This document shows positions 27,386-34,194 of a stretch of DNA of 34,194 nt, piece by piece. The DNA comes from a virus (Duplodnaviria; Caudoviricetes). A model generated the notes under the pieces. That model was given only the letters and a program-made list of their open reading frames with translations. It was not told the origin of the DNA and ran no database searches. The position numbers and the translations under genes are program-made. How positions within the stretch are numbered: position 1 is the stretch's first letter; the number at the start of each line of letters is the position of its first letter. Location: the IMG/VR virus record IMGVR_UViG_3300009095_000041, positions 1 to 34,194 of that record, one strand, 5' to 3'.

Positions 27386-28690
27386 TTAGATGACGTAGGT
27401 GTAGCGGTTGGCGTCGGTGTAGCCCGAGATCAGGCCGTGGCTGATGCGGTTGAGCGTGCCGATGTTCAGGTACTCGCCCCAGTTGATCTGGTAGGCGTCA
27501 CGCCCGCTGATGAACCTCCATGCCCCGGCGCTCTCGTACTGGAGCTGGCCGAAGTCCTTCGCGCTGGCCCAGAACAGATCCGACTTGTGAATCAGGTACA
27601 GGTGGCCAGCCGGGCACCAGAGGTCGTCCAGCAGCGGCACGCCGCAGATGGTGACGGCCTTGAACCCGCCCTTCAGGTTGGTGAAGTCCTCGGGGGTCAG
27701 GCGCCGCTGGCCGAAGAAGCTGTCCGCAAACTTCTTCTTCAGGCCGGGGGTCGTGACCATGAGGAACTCGCCCGGCGACATCCGGGCATCGTAGCCGGAG
27801 CGCCCGGCCACCCGCGTCATCAGGTCCCAGACATCCTGCTCGGTCGGCTGCCCGGCATCCGGCGTGTCGGTGCCTGCGACGAGCCGCGTGGTGTTCCAGC
27901 GCGGGTAGGTCGAGGCCGACAGGTTGTGCAGCGAGGCGTAGGACCCGCCGACGTTGAGGATGTTCAGGAGGCCGTTCGGGAAGGCGTTGTACGAGGTGTC
28001 GCTCGCCGTGCAGGCCACGATCTTGTCGCCCGCCGCCATGCCCGAGATCGCGGTGTCGAGCACCGCCGTGACGGTGTCACCGGAGTTGGTGACGCTGGAG
28101 ATGGTCGCCCGCCCGAGCACCGCGTCGGACGACGAGGAGTCGAGCACGGCGATGTACATGCCCTTGTCGATGGTGAGGCCACCCTGCCCGGCGTTGGCCA
28201 GCCCGTAGGGCGAGGAGATGTCGATGTTGGTCGTGGAGTTCACGACCGTGACGAGGCCCTTGATGCCGCGCCCGTCCGAGTGCAGCGTCTCCTGCATGCC
28301 GAGCTGCGCGGCCTGCTTCGCCTCTTCGAGGATCTTCTCGGCGAGGGCGATGTAGGCGGCCTTCTTCGACTGCGTGCCGAAGATGGCGAGGCCGTCGATC
28401 TCGCGCGTGACGTACACGCGCTTGATCCCGATGGTCGCCTGCTTCTCCTCGGCGGCGGCGTGGTTGGGCAGGTAGCCATCCGCCGAGGCGGTGAAGCCGA
28501 CCGGGCGCCCGAGCACCACGTTCCAGTTGATGCCGTTGCCGCCCCAGCGCATCGAGCGCGGCCCACCGGGGCCGCTCTTCTTGATGTTGGCGAGCAGCGG
28601 CGTGATGATCGGGAACACCTTCTCCCGATAGTTCTCGTACATCGTCTTCAGGACGCCGGAGATTTCCGCGTCGGTGATCATGGTCGGCAT
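27386..28690 (-). CDS. major capsid protein
   Basis: 434 aa, follows portal and scaffold; strongly biased codons; C-terminal GVPLLDDLWCPAGHLYLI motif consistent with HK97-fold capsids. Confidence 0.8.
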   Translation of the reverse strand: MPTMITDAEISGVLKTMYENYREKVFPIITPLLANIKKSGPGGPRSMRWGGNGINWNVVLGRPVGFTASADGYLPNHAAAEEKQATIGIKRVYVTREIDGLAIFGTQSKKAAYIALAEKILEEAKQAAQLGMQETLHSDGRGIKGLVTVVNSTTNIDISSPYGLANAGQGGLTIDKGMYIAVLDSSSSDAVLGRATISSVTNSGDTVTAVLDTAISGMAAGDKIVACTASDTSYNAFPNGLLNILNVGGSYASLHNLSASTYPRWNTTRLVAGTDTPDAGQPTEQDVWDLMTRVAGRSGYDARMSPGEFLMVTTPGLKKKFADSFFGQRRLTPEDFTNLKGGFKAVTICGVPLLDDLWCPAGHLYLIHKSDLFWASAKDFGQLQYESAGAWRFISGRDAYQINWGEYLNIGTLNRISHGLISGYTDANRYTYVI

Positions 28691-28719
28691 GGCCGAGTCT
28701 CTCCCCTGTCAGTTACCGC

Positions 28720-29865
28720 CTAGCCGCCCGTCATGTTGCGGACCAGCTCGGCTACATCGTTCTGGACGATGTCCTTGATGGCATCGTCTGCGGACACGAT
28801 GGGCTTGCGCTTGGTAACTGAAGGGGCGCTGCGCTGGGTGGAGGGGCGGACGGTCTTCGCGACGAGTCGCTTCACCTTCCGAGCCTCGGCCTTTGCGGCA
28901 CGGGCTTCAGTCTCATACTTCGCCCGTTCTTGCTGCGTCTTCTCGCTGCGGGACTCATGACGCTGGGCCGCCCATGGGCCGATGTCGTCCTCGATGATCC
29001 GCAACGCCTGCTGCCATGCGGCCTTGGGGATGGTCCCGTTGCGGGTGATCCCCTGCGTGGCCGCGTACCACTTGCCCTGCAACTCCTCATCCGTCACGGC
29101 AGGATACTGCGCCTTGATCTTGTCCATCGCCGGGCCGAGCACGTCGTTCACGAACCCCTGTGCCTCGGCGAGGTACTTCTCCTGCGCCCGCTCCTGCTCG
29201 ACCTGCTCCATCCGTGCGCGGTACCGCTCGGCCTGCCGCTCGGGCGTGTTGGCGTCCAAGTACCGCTGCCGCTGGGCCAGCAAGAAGTCGTCGTCTTCGA
29301 GGAGCTTCTTGGCGAGCAGCGTCCGCTGCTGGGCCAGCTCCATCGCCTGCTCCAACTTCCCCTGCAAATCTCCCAGCTTCGTCCGAGACTCGTCCACCTC
29401 CTGATGGAGCGTCTCGTTGTAGTATCCACTTTGCGCGAGTCGAACCACCTTGTCAATGGGGAGGACGCGCTCCTTGCCGTTGGCAGTGAACGTGATCTCC
29501 ACGTCGGACACATCGAGGTCGTCACCGTCCGTGCTCTTTGCGGTGAACGTGGTGGCGAGCTTGCGCTCTTGCGGTGTTTCCTTCTCCTCGGCCTTGGCTT
29601 CCGGTTCGTCCTTCTTCGGCGCCTCGGGCGTCTCCTCGACCTCTTCGACCTCCTCGACTTCCTCGACCTCCTCCTCCCCCTCGTCCGGTGGCGTGAGGTC
29701 CGGCTCATCGTGGTCGGGGTTTTGCTGGAGCGGTTCGTCGTCCATCTCCAACACCTCGGGCGGGAGGAACTCTCGCGCAAAGGTGTCCTTGTCCAGTCCG
29801 CCGAAGTTCAGCGGGTCCGTCAGGTTCAGTTCGGGTGCCCCGGTCGGGGTGCCGTCATTTGCCAT
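28720..29865 (-). CDS. capsid scaffolding protein
   Basis: Acidic N-terminus, TANGKERVLPIDKV motif, long coiled coils; between portal and capsid genes. Confidence 0.7.
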   Translation of the reverse strand: MANDGTPTGAPELNLTDPLNFGGLDKDTFAREFLPPEVLEMDDEPLQQNPDHDEPDLTPPDEGEEEVEEVEEVEEVEETPEAPKKDEPEAKAEEKETPQERKLATTFTAKSTDGDDLDVSDVEITFTANGKERVLPIDKVVRLAQSGYYNETLHQEVDESRTKLGDLQGKLEQAMELAQQRTLLAKKLLEDDDFLLAQRQRYLDANTPERQAERYRARMEQVEQERAQEKYLAEAQGFVNDVLGPAMDKIKAQYPAVTDEELQGKWYAATQGITRNGTIPKAAWQQALRIIEDDIGPWAAQRHESRSEKTQQERAKYETEARAAKAEARKVKRLVAKTVRPSTQRSAPSVTKRKPIVSADDAIKDIVQNDVAELVRNMTGG

Positions 29866-29874
29866 GCGTCGTCC

Positions 29875-32082
29875 TTAGACCTGTTGGGTGAAGTCGTAGC
29901 CGACCCCGCCACCGCCGCCGATGTCCCCGGCGTCCGCCAGTTCCTCCACCGGCCCGGTCGCGATGCCGGGGTCGGTGGCGAGGAAGGGCTGTTCTGCCGG
30001 GTCCAAGCTGGGGCCTTGGGGTGGCGTGTCGGTGGGACCGCCACCGCCGCCGGGTGCCGGGGGTGGCGCGGCCCCCATCTTCATCGCCGCCTGCTGCGCC
30101 AGTTCCATCCACCGCTGGTTGGCGATCTGGATGATCTGCTCGTCGAGCGAGTCGTCGAGGATGATCTCCCGCTCCAGCACGCTCTGGTGGATGGCCTCGT
30201 TGTCCTGCCACCGCATGGCCGGGACCGGGGCGCCGCGCAGGATCGCGTCGGCGATCCGCTTGGCGCGGGACTCGTGGTCGTCGTCCGGGCTTTGCAGGTT
30301 GCGCGTGTACGCAAACGGCATGCGGCGCCGGTACTCCTCGGGCGTCATCTGGCCCCGCTCGTACATCTGGTCGAGCAGGAACAGCTTCAGCGCACGGGGC
30401 ATCGGCATCAGCGTTTCCTTGTCGATCTCGACATCGCAGATGCCATCGAAGTCGCTGCCCGACACCACGCGGGCGAGGTCCGGGCGCGAGGTGCCGAAGA
30501 CGCCGATGTTGCGCGGGGCGTCGTAGCCCCAGCGCATCCCGTACAGGCAGACCTTGGCCCAGTCCGTCATGGCCTTCGCGGCGGCGGCGACCGGGGGCGA
30601 GAAGACCCGCTCCAGTTGCTCGCGGATCGCGAGGATCGCGCGGCCCGAGGTGTTGGACCCGACGCTGCCCCGGCTCGTGTCGTTCCAGCCGGACTTCTGC
30701 TCGAACGCGCGGATCTCGAACTCCAGCAAATCCTTCACGTCGGACCCGACGCTGAACCCGCTGACCGGCATGATGGCGTCGCTGATGGAGCCGGTGGCCC
30801 GGACCTCCAGCGCCGAGATCAGCCCACCGATCAGCGTCTCCGTGCTCATGGTGCCCGGCTTCACGATGAAGCGCCCGCCCGAGTTCACGCGGATCGACTC
30901 GATCCACTTCGAGAGCAGGGCGTTCACCCGCATCTGGTGGTCGATCCACCCTTCCATGATGGCGGCGGGGAAGAACGACGGGTCCGTCGAGCCATCCGTG
31001 ATGCGGACCATGGGCACCACGCCGAAGAGCAAATCATTGGCGTAGGCCACGACATCGCCCACCACCACGAGCTGGAGGCCGTTGGGCAGGTACTCGTTCG
31101 GCTCGCAAAAGACGGTGTGCATGTCGACGGTCGGCAGGTTCCGCGACAGCTCATCCTGTCCGGGGATCTCCATGCCGAAGGTCCCCATGCCCGAGAGCTG
31201 GTCGTCCTCGTCCGTGCCGGACGCGGCGCCGAACTCCTCGGCCACTTCGCCCCCAAACCGCCGGGCGGCCTCGGCCTGCGACACGCGCGTCTTCAGGACC
31301 CAGTAATCGGGGCGGGTCGCGGCATTGGCGTTGGACGCCACGCGCACGTCCTCGATGCGGAGCACGCGGGTGCGGAGGTCCCCCATCGGGGCACGCCGCA
31401 TGGCCGGGACCGCCGCCACCGTCTCGTCCCCGACGCCGCCGTCGTCCATGTCCAGTCCCTCGCCCCACTCGGCGGGGAGCGGGGCCGCGTCGGACGGGCC
31501 GACCTGCTCGTCCCACGGCCCGGCGTCGGTGTCCCAGTAGAGCTGCATGAACGCCACGCCATCGGTTTGCGCGTGGTACTCGGCCATGGCCAGCACGTCT
31601 TCCATGTTCTGCTGGTCGTACTGGTACTCCAGCGCATACTGCTGCGCCTCGGCCTTCTTCAGGTCGCCCGTGTCCTGCGTGATCGGCTTCGTGCGGAAGC
31701 CGGGCCGCTGCTCCGTGACGATCTGGATGCGCTGGTCGATGGCGGGCTGGATCAGGTTGTGGACCGCCCGCACCGCGTCACGCGGGCGGGGCGGCTCGCG
31801 CCACGGCCCCTGCCCGGAGGAGTCCATCCACTGGACGCCCTTGTACATCATGCGGTTGCGGCTGACGAGGTGGATGCGGCGCTGCATGCCGTCGGCGTGC
31901 CGGTCCCACAGGCTCTTGGCCCATGCGACCCAGTCCTCGTCGGTCACGTCCTCGACGGATTCCACCTCCGCAAAGGGGCAGTCGGCACCGTACATCGCCT
32001 CCAGCGCCGCGACGCGCTGCTCGCGCGACTCGACCCCAGCCGGTTCCTGCTCCTCCCGTTCCTCCATGGCCTCGTCCATCAC
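29875..32082 (-). CDS. portal protein
   Basis: 735 aa; YKGVQW, HNLIQPAIDQ, DGVAF..YWD, SGRAILAIREQ, P/Q-rich tail: P22-like portal pattern. Confidence 0.8.
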   Translation of the reverse strand: MMDEAMEEREEQEPAGVESREQRVAALEAMYGADCPFAEVESVEDVTDEDWVAWAKSLWDRHADGMQRRIHLVSRNRMMYKGVQWMDSSGQGPWREPPRPRDAVRAVHNLIQPAIDQRIQIVTEQRPGFRTKPITQDTGDLKKAEAQQYALEYQYDQQNMEDVLAMAEYHAQTDGVAFMQLYWDTDAGPWDEQVGPSDAAPLPAEWGEGLDMDDGGVGDETVAAVPAMRRAPMGDLRTRVLRIEDVRVASNANAATRPDYWVLKTRVSQAEAARRFGGEVAEEFGAASGTDEDDQLSGMGTFGMEIPGQDELSRNLPTVDMHTVFCEPNEYLPNGLQLVVVGDVVAYANDLLFGVVPMVRITDGSTDPSFFPAAIMEGWIDHQMRVNALLSKWIESIRVNSGGRFIVKPGTMSTETLIGGLISALEVRATGSISDAIMPVSGFSVGSDVKDLLEFEIRAFEQKSGWNDTSRGSVGSNTSGRAILAIREQLERVFSPPVAAAAKAMTDWAKVCLYGMRWGYDAPRNIGVFGTSRPDLARVVSGSDFDGICDVEIDKETLMPMPRALKLFLLDQMYERGQMTPEEYRRRMPFAYTRNLQSPDDDHESRAKRIADAILRGAPVPAMRWQDNEAIHQSVLEREIILDDSLDEQIIQIANQRWMELAQQAAMKMGAAPPPAPGGGGGPTDTPPQGPSLDPAEQPFLATDPGIATGPVEELADAGDIGGGGGVGYDFTQQV

Positions 32083-32409
32083 TCATCCCCTCGGCATGGC
32101 GTACATGAGGGACTGTCGCACGAGATCCCAGTCCCCGAGTCGGGCGTAGGTTTCCTGCGCCGTCTTCAGCGCGTCCTCCTGCGCCCATGCCGACTGGAAG
32201 TTTGCGGCGACGAGCGACTTGATGTCCGCCGGGATCTCCGCGTTGGCCTCGACCTCGGCAGGCGACCGGGGCATGGGCGCGGGCGTCCAGCGCACGGCGA
32301 GCAGGTCGACCACCCGGTTCACGGCGGCGAGCAGGCCGACCGCCACGCGCAGCGCGACGAACGCCCAGACCACGCTGGCGATGAAGAGCAGCACGGCGAG
32401 CACGATCAT
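32083..32409 (-). CDS. small membrane-anchored protein
   Basis: GGAGG SD; N-terminal hydrophobic helix. Confidence 0.6.
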   Translation of the reverse strand: MIVLAVLLFIASVVWAFVALRVAVGLLAAVNRVVDLLAVRWTPAPMPRSPAEVEANAEIPADIKSLVAANFQSAWAQEDALKTAQETYARLGDWDLVRQSLMYAMPRG

Positions 32410-32666
32410 GCCTCCCCCTCCTCCTCCGGCTCCGGCACGTCCTCGGCCCGGACGCAAATGCGGCGCGTCTCCGGGTCCTCGTCGAAGTGCATCGGCGTCC
32501 CGTCCGGGATGCCATGCACGAGGCGCAGCTTGGCGACGACGGCGAGGAACGCGGCCTCGGCAGCCACCTGCCGGTCCCGTGCCCGTTCGCGCTCGGCCTC
32601 CAGTTCCCCAATCGCGCGGCGCATGAGGTCGTCCTCGACCGGGTTCAGGATGAAGGTGCTAGCCAC
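32406..32666 (-). CDS. small coiled-coil hypothetical protein
   Basis: Overlaps both neighbours; start uncertain. Confidence 0.55.
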   Translation of the reverse strand: MASTFILNPVEDDLMRRAIGELEAERERARDRQVAAEAAFLAVVAKLRLVHGIPDGTPMHFDEDPETRRICVRAEDVPEPEEEGEA

Positions 32667-33000
32667 TGTACTTCGTGAACCCACGGATGACGACCTTGCC
32701 GACCACGCCGGACCCCAGCGCGGCGACGGTGATCTCGGCGTCGTCGCCCTCGTCCACCCGCAGCGGGTGATCGTAGTTGATGACGATGGGCGAGAACGCG
32801 CCGGGCGGGATCAGGAACTCGTCGAGCGTGTCGCTGCCGCCCGTGATCGTGCAGGTCACGGCGGTGGCCGGGGCCGCCGACGCCGACACCGAGACGCTGG
32901 TGATGTAGTGCTGCTGTCCCGACACCCCGGCATGCGTCGCCGTGGCGGTGGCGTTGGTCTGCGTGTCGACCACGGCCCACTGGGTGAAGTATTCCGCCAT
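32659..33000 (-). CDS. small beta-rich virion-type protein
   Basis: 113 aa, T/A/V-rich; TGATG coupling. Confidence 0.6.
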   Translation of the reverse strand: MAEYFTQWAVVDTQTNATATATHAGVSGQQHYITSVSVSASAAPATAVTCTITGGSDTLDEFLIPPGAFSPIVINYDHPLRVDEGDDAEITVAALGSGVVGKVVIRGFTKYSG

Positions 33001-34085
33001 CAGTCCGCTCCGCTTCGATTGTTCATCAGGAGGGTGAGCCCCTCGTATTCCACCGGGGTCACATCCCCGGTGGGGGTGATGCCGCCCGCGAGGTCGTGCT
33101 CGATCTCGGTCGGGACATGCAGCGTGCCGGTGGGGGTGATGCCGCCCGCCGTGGTGCTCTGGAAGTCAAAGTTCGTGACGCCGCCATAGGGCACGATCTC
33201 CCCGCCGAACGTCCCGCTTTGCACGGTCTGCTCGGTGGTGACGGCCCCGGTGGGGGTGATGCCGCCGACGAACGGGCCGAGGCCGTAGCCCACGCCGATG
33301 TCGGAGACTTCCCCCGTCGGCGTGATGCTGCCCGCCACGGTTTGCGGCGACGGCGAGCCGCCCGCCCCATCATGATTCAGGGTGCCGGTGGGGGTGATGC
33401 CCCCGGCGAGGATCGCCGCCGTGACCTGCGTGGCCAGCGCCCCGCTCGGGGTGATGCCGCCCGCCACACTTTGCGAGTGGCTGGCCGAGGCGGCGACCTT
33501 GTAGGCCACGACCACCGCATCCCAGACCGTGTACGCGTTCGTGGTGCTCCAGCTCGGGGTGTAGGAGCCGCTGGCCCCCGTGACCGTGCGGTGCGCCGAG
33601 GGGCCGATGCTCCCACTACCGAGGATGTCGCTGAAGCCCCCACCAACGTTCGAGGTGGCGGCATTCTGGATGGCGGCGTTCGCGGCCAGCATCACGTCCG
33701 ACGAGGCGGTCGGGGTGTGCGTCACGCTCGCCGTCGCGCCCTGCCCGTCGTTGGTGGAGGACCCCTGCACCAGCGAGGCCGTGTCGAGGCCCGACCACTC
33801 CTCAAGCGTCCACGAGCCGAGCAGGAAGTTGTTGTTGAAGTTGACCGTCGCCGACGGCGACCCACCGACCACTCCGTAGGACTGGCGGCAGGCCCGTCGG
33901 TTGTTCGACGTGACGCTCGCCCAGGTCGTGACCCCGCCGCCGGTCGGCTGCGAACAGAGCGTCTTCGAGCTGTTGCCGTGCTTGAAGATCAGGACATTGC
34001 CGGTCGTCGGCGTCGAGTCGAGCACGATGTTCGTGCTGCCACCGTACCCGCTCCCGGTCTTGCTCTGGACGAGCACGGCCGCCAT
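33000..34085 (-). CDS. putative virion surface protein with GGITPTG repeats
   Basis: S/T/G-rich beta domain plus about 7 (A/V/G)G(G/S/E)I(T/V)P(T/S/Y)G repeats. Confidence 0.65.
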   Translation of the reverse strand: MAAVLVQSKTGSGYGGSTNIVLDSTPTTGNVLIFKHGNSSKTLCSQPTGGGVTTWASVTSNNRRACRQSYGVVGGSPSATVNFNNNFLLGSWTLEEWSGLDTASLVQGSSTNDGQGATASVTHTPTASSDVMLAANAAIQNAATSNVGGGFSDILGSGSIGPSAHRTVTGASGSYTPSWSTTNAYTVWDAVVVAYKVAASASHSQSVAGGITPSGALATQVTAAILAGGITPTGTLNHDGAGGSPSPQTVAGSITPTGEVSDIGVGYGLGPFVGGITPTGAVTTEQTVQSGTFGGEIVPYGGVTNFDFQSTTAGGITPTGTLHVPTEIEHDLAGGITPTGDVTPVEYEGLTLLMNNRSGAD

Positions 34086-34096
34086 CGCCTACGCCC

Positions 34097-34192
34097 TCAG
34101 CTCGCCTTGAACGCGGCGATGTCGTCCGCGTGGACGAAGATCACAGGCATCCCGTTGTGCTCGGCGGCGAGCTCGCGGGCGTGCGCCGCATC
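34097..34192 (-). CDS. 3' end of a gene truncated by the window edge
   Basis: Reads ...DAAHARELAAEHNGMPVIFVHADDIAAFKAS-TGA just upstream of the next ATG. Confidence 0.5.
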   Translation of the reverse strand, partial: DAAHARELAAEHNGMPVIFVHADDIAAFKAS

Positions 34193-34194
34193 GC

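Noticed and set aside
27731-28891. Longest YGCAAA-free gap, over most of the capsid gene
   Set aside because: About 1.2 kb is within what random spacing of about 99 sites would give; not evidence of exclusion.
28930-33189. 1419-aa + strand ORF and other long antisense ORFs (15256-17973, 24161-26482, 22231-24315, 26804-28723)
   Set aside because: Shadow frames opposite well-formed genes; expected at this GC and codon bias; translations are R/G/P/H-rich without motifs.
1-34194. Alternative genetic code or RNA genes
   Set aside because: Genes tile densely under the standard code using TGA, TAG and TAA stops; no tRNA or rRNA pattern recognised.

Overview
About 34 kb of a GC-rich (roughly 70% GC by eye) tailed dsDNA phage or prophage with podovirus-like gene order. 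The + strand from the left edge to 7176 carries accessory/early genes: a 5'-truncated VWA/CobT-like protein, small hypothetical and membrane proteins, a SLOG/DUF2493-like protein and a RuvC-like resolvase. Everything else is on the - strand. A replication/recombination block (RecT, two HTH proteins, a CREST/ceramidase-like membrane hydrolase, SSB-like protein, DnaB-like helicase) lies behind a sigma70-like promoter. A late block runs portal, scaffold, major capsid, adaptor/nozzle, tail fibre, four ejection-type proteins, holin candidates, M15 endolysin and a spanin-like protein, and ends at a terminator. No terminase, integrase, tRNA, CRISPR array or reverse transcriptase was seen. The most unusual signals are: (1) the non-palindromic hexamer YGCAAA/TTTGCR occurs about 99 times by hand count versus about 15 expected, on both strands and in several reading frames; (2) an exact 81-bp inverted repeat encodes the same 27 aa in frame in two otherwise unrelated, convergent genes 11.2 kb apart; (3) a phage-borne CREST-family membrane hydrolase has intact metal ligands; (4) a C(UUCG)G hairpin follows the capsid stop, with the next gene in frame. 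Protein calls rest on motifs and synteny only; no database searches were run.
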